A stretch of 64,000 bases of DNA from Planctomycetota bacterium (lineage in GTDB: Bacteria; Planctomycetota; UBA1135; UBA2386): assembly GCA_947501605.1 (NCBI GenBank), contig CANMWZ010000018.1, forward strand, positions 1 to 64,000, in the 5' to 3' direction. Positions 47,979-58,808 of this stretch are shown piece after piece (within the stretch, counting starts at the first letter, position 1; each line of letters begins with the position of its first letter). The translations under genes and the position numbers were made by a program. The notes beneath the pieces are model-generated. The model was given only the letters and a program-made list of their open reading frames with translations. It ran no database searches and had not been told where the DNA came from.

Positions 47979-50969
47979 TCACGGAACGAACAGACTCTTG
48001 TGCTGGTTCGACAGCGTGAAGCTGCCGTCCGGCTCGAACACCAACACCTGCGTGTAGAGCAGGATGCCCTGCGCGGGCATGCCCGGGAACGACGGGAAGT
48101 TCAGGCTGTAGAGCCCGGTCGGACCTGAGAAGTCAGTGAAGAAATCGAGCGTGCCACCGACCGAGGCGGTCGGGAAACCAGGAGCGCTCGTCGGGCCGCC
48201 AGTGTCACCGAGCACCAGCACGAACAACTTCGCGGCACCGTTGGTGGTGATTGCGATGTTGACGTTCTGGCTGGCGCTGGACTGTTCCGGCGTCATCTGC
48301 AGAGTGGCCGCGAGCGGCGGCACGGTACGCGTGCCGAGTTCGAGGTCGTCGATCGTCCAGCCGCCGAGTTGCAGACCGCCGTCCGTGATCAGGCGGAACT
48401 CGACCTGCACCGATGGATTGTTGTCTGCCATCGGCAGCGCGTACTCGAAGGTCTGCCACGACGTGTCGATCAAGTTGCCGGTGGTCGGGTTCTGCCAGAC
48501 GAGCACCCCGTTCACGTTGATCTGGGCCTGATCGAAGACGGCTTCTTCGACCGTGAGCCAGCGCTTGAAGCGCAGCACGACGCCCGAGCGGCCGGTGCAG
48601 TCGATGATCGGTGACCGCACGAACTCGTTGATGCTCGCCGGGTAGGCACCATTGGCCGTGCCGGTGCCGAGGTCGGTCGCCACCGCGCGCGTGCCGGTCG
48701 GAGCGCCGAGCGGATCGGCCCAGGCGATGCCGAGCGAAGTGCCCAACTTGCCGTTTGGCGCGCCGAACTGCCAGTCGACCGTGCCGGTCGTGCTGGAGCG
48801 GCCAGTGGTCCAACCCGCGGGTGTGCCAGCACCTTCGAAGCCCTGCGAGAAGAACTGGACGTAGGTGCCACCGAGGCTGCCGCTCACCGTGTAGGTGAGT
48901 TCGCCGGTCAGCGGGAAGCGACCTGTTCCAGTCGTGCTCGTGGCTTCGACGTGGTAGCTGATCTGGCCCGAGGACAGGCCCGGCAGCATCGAGCGGTAAC
49001 CCGTCAAGGTGCCGTCCGTCACCATGTTGCGCGTCTGCGTGGGCCCACCGGCGGCCGAGTAGACAAGGCGCATCTGCGTGATCGCGCCGAGGTCGTTGGC
49101 GATGCCCTGGGCGCTGACGAGGCGCGAGTTGTAGCGGTCGCCCGTGTTCGTCAGTGCCGTGTGTACGACGGTCACTGGCTGGAACGTGGGGAACGGGATC
49201 GCCTTGATGTTGGCCGCGGCGCTGAGTTCGGTGTAGTGCGGGACGCCGTTGAACAGGTTGCCGTCGTCGTCATCCGCGATGAACACTTCACGCACGGCGT
49301 CGACGCGCGTCTGCGCGTTGGCGACCAACGTGCCGATGACGATGTCGTTCGTCAGTGCGATTGCTGCAGGGCTGCCAAGGCTCGTGCGCAGTTGCTGACG
49401 CAGTTGCCAGGCAAAGCCCATCCACACCTGTCCCGCTGTGTGCGGCGAAGTGCCGGAGGCCGGCCACAGCAGCGTGTTGTTGCCACTGCGCAGCGCGACG
49501 TTCGCGGTCTGGAAGCCACTGCCGAGCGACGGGCTGTCGACGAGGTAGAGGCCGACGACGTCGCCCCAGCCTTCGCTCAAGCCTTCGGCGTTCGAGTTGA
49601 AGATGCCACCGTAGCGCTCGTCGATGCCGTGGCCCCATTCGTGGGCGATGACCGTCGAGAATGCCGTGTTCGCGCAACCGCCGCCCTGGGCGTAGAAGTT
49701 GATCGTGTTGCCCGTGTAGTAGGCATTGCACGTCGACGCGATGTTGACCGTCGGCGTGATGCCGCTTGCGGTCGCGAGTTGCGCCGAGTTGCCGAGGATC
49801 GAGCGGCAGAACTCGTTGGTCCGGTCGATCCAGTAGCTGGTCGTGACGTCCGAGGCCTGTTCGGGCGTGTCCGTCGAGGCGCCCAGCTGGACCGTGTTCG
49901 GCACGCCTGGCGTGATCGTGAAGGTGCCGCCAGTCGACTGGCCCCCGATCAGCGTGGCGTGGTGGCGACCGTCGAGCGCGCCGATCGTGATGTTGACCGG
50001 TACTGCGATGTCGACCGTGAACTGGCCGTTGTTGTCCGTCGTCACGTTGCCGATGCCCGGAACGTTGACCACGAGGCCGGGGATTCCGGCGTTGCTCAGC
50101 GCGCTGAAGGCGTCGTTGCCGGTGCGGGTCCACTGCTGGACCGTCACCGTCGTCTGGACGAGGGCGCTGCCGTCCTTGCCCTTGATCGAGGCCGCGAGGC
50201 GAGCCGTCTCGGAAAGGCTGCAATTGGCCATGCCGCACTCGTGCTTGTCGGTGCGGAAATGGAGGACGTTGCCGTTCTTGGCGTCGATGTAGTAGCGGCC
50301 GATCGGGCCGAGGCCTTCGGCGTCGACGTTGCTGACCGGGACTTCCCAGGCCAGGTAGATCGGTGCCGCGTCCTGAGCTTCCACGTCGCCCCAGATGACG
50401 AGCCGCAGTTCGCGCGGCTTGCCGGGCTGGGTGACGCCGGTCGGCTGCTGGCCGAGGGCCATCCAGGCACGCGCAGTCGCCTCGGCTTCTGCGATCGTCG
50501 GCATGACGTCGAAGTTGGCGGGGACTTGCCAAGCGGTGCTGCCGATCATGGCGAGCACGCCCTTCATGTTGATGCGGACGTCGGCGCGCCCGTCGATGCA
50601 GGGCAGACTGCGGAAGTACTGGTCAAAGGTGAACGACCAAGTGCGACCCATGCGCGCACCGATGCTCTCGCGAAACTCGGAGACGCCGAGGCCGAGAAGG
50701 TCACCGTGCTCGCCAAGGGCGAGGTTGGCGTGGCGGCGGGCCTCTTCGATCGAGTTGCCGCGCCAACCGGCGAGCGTGGCGCCGGAGCCGTAGATGGCGC
50801 GTGGGGTGTTGGTTGCAACTGTCCATTGCGCCAGCCATTGGCCGCCGAGCCGTTCGCTCAGTGCTGGGAAAGGCATGGGCTGGAAGTTCTTCGAAAGGGG
50901 CACCTGCTTGGTGTCCTGTGCCATGGCGAAGGACGCCAAGATCAGACTGAGAAGCGGCGTGAAACGCAT
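47979..50969 (-). CDS. Secreted M4/M36-type zinc metallopeptidase with propeptide, accessory beta domains and CTD variant
   Basis: CNAYY, HEWGH, LSEGWGD, PH..GQVW; FTP/PepSY-like propeptide (YYIDAKNG); GWTIDD domain; terminal GILLYTQVLVFE...LSN. Confidence 0.85.
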   Translation of the reverse strand: MRFTPLLSLILASFAMAQDTKQVPLSKNFQPMPFPALSERLGGQWLAQWTVATNTPRAIYGSGATLAGWRGNSIEEARRHANLALGEHGDLLGLGVSEFRESIGARMGRTWSFTFDQYFRSLPCIDGRADVRINMKGVLAMIGSTAWQVPANFDVMPTIAEAEATARAWMALGQQPTGVTQPGKPRELRLVIWGDVEAQDAAPIYLAWEVPVSNVDAEGLGPIGRYYIDAKNGNVLHFRTDKHECGMANCSLSETARLAASIKGKDGSALVQTTVTVQQWTRTGNDAFSALSNAGIPGLVVNVPGIGNVTTDNNGQFTVDIAVPVNITIGALDGRHHATLIGGQSTGGTFTITPGVPNTVQLGASTDTPEQASDVTTSYWIDRTNEFCRSILGNSAQLATASGITPTVNIASTCNAYYTGNTINFYAQGGGCANTAFSTVIAHEWGHGIDERYGGIFNSNAEGLSEGWGDVVGLYLVDSPSLGSGFQTANVALRSGNNTLLWPASGTSPHTAGQVWMGFAWQLRQQLRTSLGSPAAIALTNDIVIGTLVANAQTRVDAVREVFIADDDDGNLFNGVPHYTELSAAANIKAIPFPTFQPVTVVHTALTNTGDRYNSRLVSAQGIANDLGAITQMRLVYSAAGGPTQTRNMVTDGTLTGYRSMLPGLSSGQISYHVEATSTTGTGRFPLTGELTYTVSGSLGGTYVQFFSQGFEGAGTPAGWTTGRSSTTGTVDWQFGAPNGKLGTSLGIAWADPLGAPTGTRAVATDLGTGTANGAYPASINEFVRSPIIDCTGRSGVVLRFKRWLTVEEAVFDQAQINVNGVLVWQNPTTGNLIDTSWQTFEYALPMADNNPSVQVEFRLITDGGLQLGGWTIDDLELGTRTVPPLAATLQMTPEQSSASQNVNIAITTNGAAKLFVLVLGDTGGPTSAPGFPTASVGGTLDFFTDFSGPTGLYSLNFPSFPGMPAQGILLYTQVLVFEPDGSFTLSNQHKSLFVP

Positions 50970-51250
50970 TCTTTGGAACCTGGTGGTGGGAGAGACCCGG
51001 CGATGCCGGGCTTGACTGCTCCAGTCCAAAGGGCAGGGTGTGGACCAGATCCGGGCAGGGAGAGGATTAGTCTGGTGGGTTTTCCTAGGTTGTCAAGTTG
51101 GGGCAGTTTCTTGGAGTTGCGCGCAGCAGTGGCGAGCCGCTTCGATCGCTGGCATCGGGAGCAAGGTCATGCCCGACAATCGGCGCGCTGTGCGGTTGCG
51201 GCGCACGGGATAGGCTTCTGCGCCCCACGCCCCGTTGCGCCTCCATCCTG

Positions 51251-52585
51251 ATGACCACCAACCAAGCCCTCGGGCAGCCTCCGGATCCGGCGAGCAACGC
51301 TGGTTTTGGGTCAGTGCTCGGCGTGCGTCTGTGGTTGGAGGAAGCTGGGCTCGCGGCCGCGGCGGGCATCGTCGCCTACCTGCTGTCGTGTCTGATTGAG
51401 CCGGCGCGATCCGTTCCGCACGGCTTCGGCATCCAGTGGGCAACGATGTCGGAGGCGCCGTTCGAGTTCACCGGCCAGCTGCCGCATCGGCTGCTGACCC
51501 CGCTGCTCGCGCATCTCGTCGGCTTGCAGGGCACGAGCTACACCGACTTCACCCGCCTCTCCGGGGCGGCGATGCTGGCGCTGGTCTTCTTCGTTGCCCG
51601 CCGGCGAGGGGCGCTGCGGATCGACGCGTGGTTGATCACGCTGGCGATTGCGGCCACCGGCGCGATCCAGATCTACAAGCGCGGGATGATCGGCTACTGC
51701 GACAACGTCGGCTTCTCGTTGTTCCTGCTCGCCTGGTTGTTCCGCGGTCATGGCCTCGTGTTCTGGCCGCTCTACTTTCTCAATCTCGTCAATCACGACA
51801 TGGCAGCGTTCTTCCTGCCGTGGATGTGGTTTCTGCGGCGCGAGGCCGGCGCCTTGCGCCGGTACGACGCGATCGGCGCTGGGCTCGTGCTGTTCGGCTA
51901 CTACCTGTTCCGGCTCTACGTTTCGCAGCACGCAGCGAGTTGGGAGTACGACGAGGGATACTTCCTGGCGAACTGCTTCTTGCCCTTCAATTTCATCTGG
52001 CTGTGGTACTTGGCTGCATGTCACTTGATGCTGCAGTTCGGCCCGATGCTGACGGTCGTGTTGTGGCATGCGTGGTGGCCGCGACCTGCGCACGAACGGA
52101 TGCACACAGGTCTGATCTTGCTCGGCATGGGCGCGGTGTTCGGCTTCGCCTACGACGTGCATCGCCACGGCAACCTGATCTTCCTGCCGCTGCTGTTCGC
52201 CTCGACACGCTTCCTCGTCGACGCGCGGAGTCGAGCGTTCTACTGCGGCCTGATCGCGCTCCAGATCCTCTGCTATCGCACCTACTCGTGGCGGCCGGCA
52301 TCGGAAGACCCGTGGGCCTTCCAGTCACCGGGGTGGATGTTCGATCAGATCACCGGCGTCATGGTGTTTCAGAACGGCGGCCACCGCATCATTCAGCCGG
52401 AGCATCGGTTTGACTTGTCGGTCCACTGGGACCTGCTGACGCAGTCGTTGCCGATGCTGGCGCGCGAGATGATCGGCTTCGCGTACGGCGCGCTCCTGGT
52501 CGTGGCGCTCAGTCGCTGGTTTGTGCGCGCCAACATCGGCGGTCCACGGTGGCGCGCGCTGCCCCGCCGCCATGCAAACGGGTGA
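51251..52585 (+). CDS. Polytopic membrane protein, possibly GT-C-like
   Basis: Many hydrophobic helices; PHRLLTPLLA motif. Confidence 0.65.
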   Translation: MTTNQALGQPPDPASNAGFGSVLGVRLWLEEAGLAAAAGIVAYLLSCLIEPARSVPHGFGIQWATMSEAPFEFTGQLPHRLLTPLLAHLVGLQGTSYTDFTRLSGAAMLALVFFVARRRGALRIDAWLITLAIAATGAIQIYKRGMIGYCDNVGFSLFLLAWLFRGHGLVFWPLYFLNLVNHDMAAFFLPWMWFLRREAGALRRYDAIGAGLVLFGYYLFRLYVSQHAASWEYDEGYFLANCFLPFNFIWLWYLAACHLMLQFGPMLTVVLWHAWWPRPAHERMHTGLILLGMGAVFGFAYDVHRHGNLIFLPLLFASTRFLVDARSRAFYCGLIALQILCYRTYSWRPASEDPWAFQSPGWMFDQITGVMVFQNGGHRIIQPEHRFDLSVHWDLLTQSLPMLAREMIGFAYGALLVVALSRWFVRANIGGPRWRALPRRHANG

Positions 52586-52597
52586 CGGCGAAGCCGG

Positions 52598-54076
52598 TCA
52601 GGGTTGCCAGCGCGGCGCTAGCAGTCGGCGCTTGCCGTCGCGCGAACGCGAGACATCCTCGTCGCTGAACTGGCGGTCCCAGAGCTGACACGTCACTTCC
52701 TTGTGCTTCTGGTCGAGACCTTCGCAGTAGTTCGTGAACTTGCAGCGGCGCACTTCGTTGCCGCGCCCGAGTTCTGTCTTGCGGAACCAGTCTGGGTCGG
52801 CGAGCGATTGCCGCGCGCTGGCGACGATGTCGGCGTCGCCGTTCGCCAGGATGGCCTCGGCCTGTTCGAACGACGCGATGCCGCCCGCCGCGACGATCGG
52901 CGTCGAGAAGCCAGCCTCGCGCACCGCGCGGCGGACCGCGCTCGCGAACGGCACGTTGCGCGAGAATGGCCCGCGTTCGTCGCTGCGCACTGTCGGCATG
53001 CACTCGTGGCCCGAGGGACCGGTGTACGGATACGCAGCTTCGCCGATGTTCGGCTGCTTGGCGTCGTCGAACTTGCCGCCGCGGCTGATCGACAAGAAGT
53101 CGAAGCCCGCCTTGGCGAACGCCACGCCGTGGTGCGCGGCGTCGGCGACGGTGCTGCCGCCAGCGATCACCTCGTCGCCGAGAAATCGCACGCCGGTGCA
53201 GAAGTCGCGGCCGACTGCCGTCCGCACCGCGGCGAAGACTTCGAGTGGGAGTCGCTGCCGGCCTTCGATCGAGCCGCCATAACCGTCGCTGCGCACGTTG
53301 GTCCGCGACAGCAACGAGGCCATCGTATAGGCGTGCGCGAAATGCAGCTCGACGCCGTCGAAGCCGGCCGTGCGGGCGCGCATGGCGGCGGCGGCGAACA
53401 GCGGTGGTAGGGTCTGCGGCAAGTCGCGCACATGTGCGAGGTGCAGGTCATCGACCTGTTCGCGTTGGCCGAAGTCGAGGTCGCGAAGTTCGCGCTCCGT
53501 GAGTGCTGCGCGCTGTGCCGCTGTTGGCATTGCTGCCAGCGTGGCGCGAACCGCGGCATCGTCCGGCAGCGGCGAGCCTGCGTGCGCCGCGGCGGCCACG
53601 CGATGGCGATCCGTGAGTTGCAGGAATCGTGCGAGGAACTTCTCCGGCTCGGGGCGTCGCCTTATCGACAGGAAGTCGAGGATCTGCACGAAGAGCCGTG
53701 TGCGGCCGCTGCTCCGCTCGCGCACGAGGCGCACGAGTTCGCGAAGGCCATCGAGAAATCGATCGTGGCCGATGCGCAGCAATGGCCCGCTCGGCACATC
53801 GCGGATGCCAGTCGCTTCGACGACGAGCACGCCAGGCTGGCCGTCGGCAAAGCGGCCATACCAGTCGAGCACGTTTTGCGTGACGAACCCATCCTCGCTC
53901 GCCCGCCACGGCACCATTGCCGGGACCCACGTGCGCGTGCGTGCCGTGACCGGACCGAGCTGCACTGGCGAGAACCAGCGCGATGCAGCGGCTTGCTCCG
54001 CTGTCGGCCACTGCGCGTCCGGTAGTTGGTGCCAGACGACTCTGCTGCGTGCGTTCGGATCCGAAGGGGCGCTCAC
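52598..54076 (-). CDS. NADH:flavin oxidoreductase (old yellow enzyme family)
   Basis: GFDGVELHFAHAY, NxRxDGYGGS, AAGGI, ARQSLADPDW, C-terminal CKFTNYC...C. Confidence 0.88.
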   Translation of the reverse strand: MSAPSDPNARSRVVWHQLPDAQWPTAEQAAASRWFSPVQLGPVTARTRTWVPAMVPWRASEDGFVTQNVLDWYGRFADGQPGVLVVEATGIRDVPSGPLLRIGHDRFLDGLRELVRLVRERSSGRTRLFVQILDFLSIRRRPEPEKFLARFLQLTDRHRVAAAAHAGSPLPDDAAVRATLAAMPTAAQRAALTERELRDLDFGQREQVDDLHLAHVRDLPQTLPPLFAAAAMRARTAGFDGVELHFAHAYTMASLLSRTNVRSDGYGGSIEGRQRLPLEVFAAVRTAVGRDFCTGVRFLGDEVIAGGSTVADAAHHGVAFAKAGFDFLSISRGGKFDDAKQPNIGEAAYPYTGPSGHECMPTVRSDERGPFSRNVPFASAVRRAVREAGFSTPIVAAGGIASFEQAEAILANGDADIVASARQSLADPDWFRKTELGRGNEVRRCKFTNYCEGLDQKHKEVTCQLWDRQFSDEDVSRSRDGKRRLLAPRWQP

Positions 54077-54089
54077 GAGGCGCGACAGC

Positions 54090-55178
54090 CTACTTGTCGG
54101 TGCTCGGCACTGCTGCCGTCCATTGCGCGAACGCCATCCCGTCCGGTCCTTTGCCGCCGGGGATGCGGTCCGTGACGGTGAAGGTCTTCAGGTCGATCAC
54201 TGCGAGGAACTCACCGCGCTGGCACGCAATCCAGGCAAACGCCCCGTCGGGCTGCACGCAGATGCCGATCGGCACGGGACTGAGTTCGGTGTTGTCCGCG
54301 AGTAGATCGACCGTGTGGGCGAGAGTCTTGGTTGCGGCGTCAAACACCTGCACACAACCGGCCTCGGCGCACGACACCAGCGCGTGCGCTCCGTCGGCCG
54401 TGAAGGCGACACGGATTGGGAACGACGCGGTCTCGAGTGTGGTGGTCACGGCCCGCTTCTGTGCATCGACGACGCTGATGGTGTTGGCACTGCGGTTGCC
54501 GACCCAGATCGAGCCGTCGCGAGGCGAGATCGCCAGACCTTCGGCGCCGTCGCCGGTCGGCAGCACGCTGGCGGTCTCGGCGCTGCCATCGACTGCAAAC
54601 CAGCCGAGTGAACCGTCCTGGATGCTGGTGCCGTAGGCCGTTCTGCCGTCAGGCGAGAGGTCGACCATGTGGAGTGTTGGCTGCGCGGTCTTCAGTGACC
54701 GAACGACCTTCTGGGTTTCGAGATCGACGACGAGCAGTCGGCGCAGCATCTCGCTGGTGACGACCACGTGGCGTCCATCGGGCAGGAAACGCAGGCCGTG
54801 CGGGCGCAGAAAGGTGCGCTGTTTGACTTTGCCATCGACCGTCTCTGCGTCGCTCAGTCCGATCGTGGCGAGGACGCGCGCATTCGGGATGTCGATCACG
54901 GTCAGCGTGCTACCAGGGCGCTGGTCGCCGTAGTCGCTCACCACCGCGGTGCGGCCGTTGGGTGCCACTGCAACTTCGTGCGGGCCGTTGCCAACCGGCA
55001 CGGTGGCGACCAGCGTGCGGGTGGTTGGGTCGAACAACTGCGCGCGCGCGGCGGACTTCTCCAGCACGATGAGGCGGGATCCGCCTCCGGGTGCTCTCGT
55101 GTCGGTGTTCGGCTCCTGAGCAGTGGCACACAGAAGCAGGCCGGGCGAGAGCAAGAAGACGAACAAGACTGGAAGCAT
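54090..55178 (-). CDS. Secreted YncE/YVTN beta-propeller protein
   Basis: Signal peptide; repeated VGNGPHEV, PHGL, AEGLAISP, PDGM blades. Confidence 0.85.
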   Translation of the reverse strand: MLPVLFVFLLSPGLLLCATAQEPNTDTRAPGGGSRLIVLEKSAARAQLFDPTTRTLVATVPVGNGPHEVAVAPNGRTAVVSDYGDQRPGSTLTVIDIPNARVLATIGLSDAETVDGKVKQRTFLRPHGLRFLPDGRHVVVTSEMLRRLLVVDLETQKVVRSLKTAQPTLHMVDLSPDGRTAYGTSIQDGSLGWFAVDGSAETASVLPTGDGAEGLAISPRDGSIWVGNRSANTISVVDAQKRAVTTTLETASFPIRVAFTADGAHALVSCAEAGCVQVFDAATKTLAHTVDLLADNTELSPVPIGICVQPDGAFAWIACQRGEFLAVIDLKTFTVTDRIPGGKGPDGMAFAQWTAAVPSTDK

Positions 55179-55255
55179 GGAGTTCAAAGCGACGGGCGCG
55201 GCTTGCACAATGCAGCGCGCCTTCGCTCCTCTACCTACGCGCGTCCCCTGCTCTC

Positions 55256-57325
55256 GTGCGAATCCCCACCCGCCATTTTCAGGCTGTGCTGCTGTCTACT
55301 CTTGCCGCCGCCACTGCGGCGCAGCAGCCGAACCCGCCGCGGCCGGCGTCCACCGCACCTGCAGCCAAGCAGCCATGCGAGTCAGACTCAGGGAAGGACC
55401 AGGAGGCGCTGCTCGAGTCTGCACTGCAGCGCTGGGCGGAAGCGTCGAAGAAGCAGGATGCAAAGCGCTTGGCGGCGCTGCGAACGCTGGCGGCGTTTGA
55501 CGACCCGCGCGTGACCGAAGTTCTGCTCGACGCACTTCGACGGTCCGGCGGCGATTGGACGTCATCGCAGATCGCGGATGCAATCGGCCTGAAGCCGCGT
55601 GCCAACGTGCTCACGCCGCTACTCGATCTGCTCGCAGCAAAGGGCACGCAGCCAGGGTTGCGCACGGCGGCGTGCCGCGCCATCGCGCGCCAGGGCAGCC
55701 GCGGCATCGACGCGTTGATCGCGATCGCAGCTGATGACACCGGCACCCAGTCGCACGAACTGAAGGTGGCGGCGATGAATGGACTGAGCGCTTGTGGTGA
55801 GGAGCGTGCGTGGCGCGGCCTCGCGCCACTCGCACTGCGCGGCAACTCCACAGAGCAACTCGCCGTCTTGCGACTTCTGGCCGCGGCCAAGGATGTGAAG
55901 GCGGTGACGCAAGTGCGCCTTCGACTGCTCCAGGACAGCGATGACGTGCTCGCAGCCGCAGCGTGGCGGCAGCTCGCGGCGGAGGGTCATGCCAAATCAC
56001 CGAGCGCGTTCGATGACCTGATCGGGCGGATGGGCGAGTCGCCCAGGCCAGCCGCGTGCGTCGAGTTGATCCAAGGACTCACCTACGGCATGCGACCGTC
56101 GACGTTCGAGGACTTCCTTCGCCTCGCCAGCAACTCTTCGCCGATGGTCTATGCCGTGCTTTCGGCAACGGCCGGCGACTTTGCCAAGGACGGCAAACTC
56201 GTGCATTGGCTGCTCGAGGATGCGATCGACGGTGCGAGCGAGCCGTCGCGGTTGGTGATTCTCGCGATCCTCAGCAAGGCGAGCGTCGAGGACCTGAAGC
56301 CGATGGTCGGCAAGATCCGCGCCGGATTGGCCAAGCCGACGCGAGAAGCAGTCGAACTCGCGATTGCGACGTTGCCGGCACTGATCGCAGATCCCGCTTT
56401 CGAGCAGGACCTGCAGCGTATGGTCGACTCACAGGACCCACCGTTGCGCACGACGGGGCTCACGCTGATGTTGAACCTCGGCATCGACAGTGCTGTTCCG
56501 ATTGCGCAGAGGCAGCTCGCCGCCAAGGAATGGGAGCTGCGCTCGGTGTGCTACCGCTACCTGGGCAAGTTCCGCAGTCTCGGGTCCATTCCGCTGCTGA
56601 TCGATCGATTTGGCAAGGAGGACGGCCGCTTGCTGGCCGAGTTGTCCGAGGCCTTGTTCGTTCATGCTGGCGTCCGTTGCTGGAGCCGCGACGAGTGGGA
56701 CGACTGGTGGCAGAAGAGCAAAGCCGGTCACGCACTGCCAGCCTGGGAGAGCGTGCACACGGCCAAGAAGAGTGCGTCAGGCGGCGGCTCGACGGCGGCG
56801 TACTACGGCATCCCGATGGTCAGCCGACGCGCCGTGTTCTTGATCGATACCTCAGGGTCGATGAGCGCGCCGATCGGGACCGATCGCAAGAGGACGCGGC
56901 TCGACGAAGTGAAGAAGCAGTTGCGCGCGTCGGTCGAGAAGTTGCCCGATGACCAGCTGTTCAACATCTACTTCTATGCCGGCGGCGTGAACCCGATGTG
57001 GCCGCAGCTGCAGAAGGCGGTCGGCGCCGATCGCAAGGCGGTGCTCGAGCGAGTCGAGAAGACCGCGATCGGCGATGGCGGCACCAACATCTTCGATTCG
57101 ATCGAGCGCGCGTTCGCCGATCTCGAGGTCGACACGATCTATCTGCTCAGCGATGGTGCGCCGACGGCGGGTCGCGTCATCGAGCCATCGCAGCTTGCCG
57201 ATCAGGTGCGCCGCTGGAACTACGCGCGTCAGATCGTGATCCACTGTGTGGCCGTCGGCACCCGTTCGGAGTTGCTCGAGCGCCTCGCCAAGGAGTCTGG
57301 CGGCGAGTACGTGTTCGTGCAGTGA
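55256..57325 (+). CDS. Secreted HEAT-repeat protein with C-terminal vWA domain
   Basis: HEAT-like helices; YYGIP, FLIDTSGSM (MIDAS), GGTN, LLSDGAPT, LAKESGGEY; start uncertain. Confidence 0.82.
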   Translation: MRIPTRHFQAVLLSTLAAATAAQQPNPPRPASTAPAAKQPCESDSGKDQEALLESALQRWAEASKKQDAKRLAALRTLAAFDDPRVTEVLLDALRRSGGDWTSSQIADAIGLKPRANVLTPLLDLLAAKGTQPGLRTAACRAIARQGSRGIDALIAIAADDTGTQSHELKVAAMNGLSACGEERAWRGLAPLALRGNSTEQLAVLRLLAAAKDVKAVTQVRLRLLQDSDDVLAAAAWRQLAAEGHAKSPSAFDDLIGRMGESPRPAACVELIQGLTYGMRPSTFEDFLRLASNSSPMVYAVLSATAGDFAKDGKLVHWLLEDAIDGASEPSRLVILAILSKASVEDLKPMVGKIRAGLAKPTREAVELAIATLPALIADPAFEQDLQRMVDSQDPPLRTTGLTLMLNLGIDSAVPIAQRQLAAKEWELRSVCYRYLGKFRSLGSIPLLIDRFGKEDGRLLAELSEALFVHAGVRCWSRDEWDDWWQKSKAGHALPAWESVHTAKKSASGGGSTAAYYGIPMVSRRAVFLIDTSGSMSAPIGTDRKRTRLDEVKKQLRASVEKLPDDQLFNIYFYAGGVNPMWPQLQKAVGADRKAVLERVEKTAIGDGGTNIFDSIERAFADLEVDTIYLLSDGAPTAGRVIEPSQLADQVRRWNYARQIVIHCVAVGTRSELLERLAKESGGEYVFVQ

Positions 57326-57343
57326 CCAGCGGGTGGCGCGGGC

Positions 57344-58381
57344 TCAGGCCTGCGCGCGGTCTCGTATTGCTGTGACGATTCGCTGCAGCAACACCCAGCC
57401 GGCCTCGAGTTCTGCACCGGTGATGCGTTCTTCGTCGGTGTGTGCGAGCGTGATGCTGCCGGGGCCAGCGAGCACGATGGCGCGGTTGCGAGCAAACTGC
57501 CGGAGACGGGGCGCATCGCTGCCAAACGGCACCGGCTTGTGGGTGAAGCCCTGCAGCGGCGGATAGTGGTCGGCTTCGCAGGCGCCAAGCAGTTCGACCT
57601 CCGCATGCTCGGGCGCGAAAGCGCGGGCGGTCGACTCGAATTCGCAGCCGGGCAGGGTGCGGACGAACACCTCCGCCGCCGCGAATGCAGCCACGACGTT
57701 GGGGGCGGCGCCGCCAGTGACGGTGCCAAGGTTCCAAGTCTCGGCGCCGAGTTCTGAGTCTTCACGCCCGGCGAAGGAGCGCAGTCGTTGCAGCCAGTCG
57801 ATCAGCTCCCAAAGTGCGGAGCGGCCGAGTTCGGGTGTGCCCGAGTGTGCTGGCACGCCATTGGTCTTGAGTCGCAGGTGCAGTGTGCCGCGCTGTCCGG
57901 TCGCCAGCACGTTATCGGTCGGTTCGCCGTTGATGACACCAAGGACATCGCCGCAGCGCGCGCGCAAGTCGAGAGCCGCCTTCGCACCAATGCTGTCGGT
58001 CTCCTCGCCAACGACGCCGAGCCAAGCGACGTCGGTTTGTCCGGCAGCGAGCATCGAGCGGATCGCGGCGAGTTGCGTGACGATCTGCCCCTTGGCGTCG
58101 CAGGCGCCGCGGCCGTGCAGCAGGTCGCGCTGCAACCTTGGCTCGATGTAGGGCGGCACCGTGTCGAGGTGCGTGCTGAACAAGACCGATGGTTTGTTGC
58201 ACCAACGCGCGAGCACGTTGCTGCGACCGGGCGCAACGCGCTGCAGTTCGACGTCAGCGCCGAGTTCGCGCAGTACAGCGTGCAGCGCGGCGAGTCCGCG
58301 GTCCTCGTGCCCCGTGGTGGTGTCGTCGGCACACAGCGCCTCGAGACGGTCGAGCATCCAGCCTCGCAGACCGTCTGTCAT
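57344..58381 (-). CDS. M20/M25/M40 metallohydrolase (ArgE-like)
   Basis: THLDTVPP, GRGACDAKG, GEET, GEPT, AHSGTPELG, GPGS..AHT. Confidence 0.9.
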   Translation of the reverse strand: MTDGLRGWMLDRLEALCADDTTTGHEDRGLAALHAVLRELGADVELQRVAPGRSNVLARWCNKPSVLFSTHLDTVPPYIEPRLQRDLLHGRGACDAKGQIVTQLAAIRSMLAAGQTDVAWLGVVGEETDSIGAKAALDLRARCGDVLGVINGEPTDNVLATGQRGTLHLRLKTNGVPAHSGTPELGRSALWELIDWLQRLRSFAGREDSELGAETWNLGTVTGGAAPNVVAAFAAAEVFVRTLPGCEFESTARAFAPEHAEVELLGACEADHYPPLQGFTHKPVPFGSDAPRLRQFARNRAIVLAGPGSITLAHTDEERITGAELEAGWVLLQRIVTAIRDRAQA

Positions 58382-58391
58382 GGCAACTGGT

Positions 58392-58745
58392 TCAGGCGAG
58401 CTTGGTGATGCCGGCGTAGGCCGCGAAACCAGCGATCGCGAGCGCGACGATCCACCCCAGTGGGCGGGGGATGACTCCGCGACGGACCAGCACAGGCAGG
58501 ACTGCGGCGAAGACCCAGGCGCCGATCTTGGCCCAGATCCAACTTTGCCAGTCATTGGGTGCGGAAAGTCCGAGCCGCGAGAGCATGCCAAAACCGGCGA
58601 CCAGCAGCAGCAGCAGGCCGACGCCGTGGAAGATCATCGATGCCTTGTGCGGCGCGTCCTTCGGCGACGCCAGCGCCACGCCGGTCGAGATCATCAACAG
58701 GGCGAGGCCCAGGACGTGGAGGACCCTGTACAGTTCGAGCGTCAT
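58392..58745 (-). CDS. Small 4-TM membrane protein (SirB2-like)
   Basis: YRVLHVLG, HGVGLLLLLVAGFG, WIWAKI. Confidence 0.7.
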   Translation of the reverse strand: MTLELYRVLHVLGLALLMISTGVALASPKDAPHKASMIFHGVGLLLLLVAGFGMLSRLGLSAPNDWQSWIWAKIGAWVFAAVLPVLVRRGVIPRPLGWIVALAIAGFAAYAGITKLA

Positions 58746-58808
58746 GCGCCGCAGGGTAGATGTGTCGCGTGGCGAAGTCGAGCCCGCAGCACGAGCTGCA
58801 TGGCGGGT

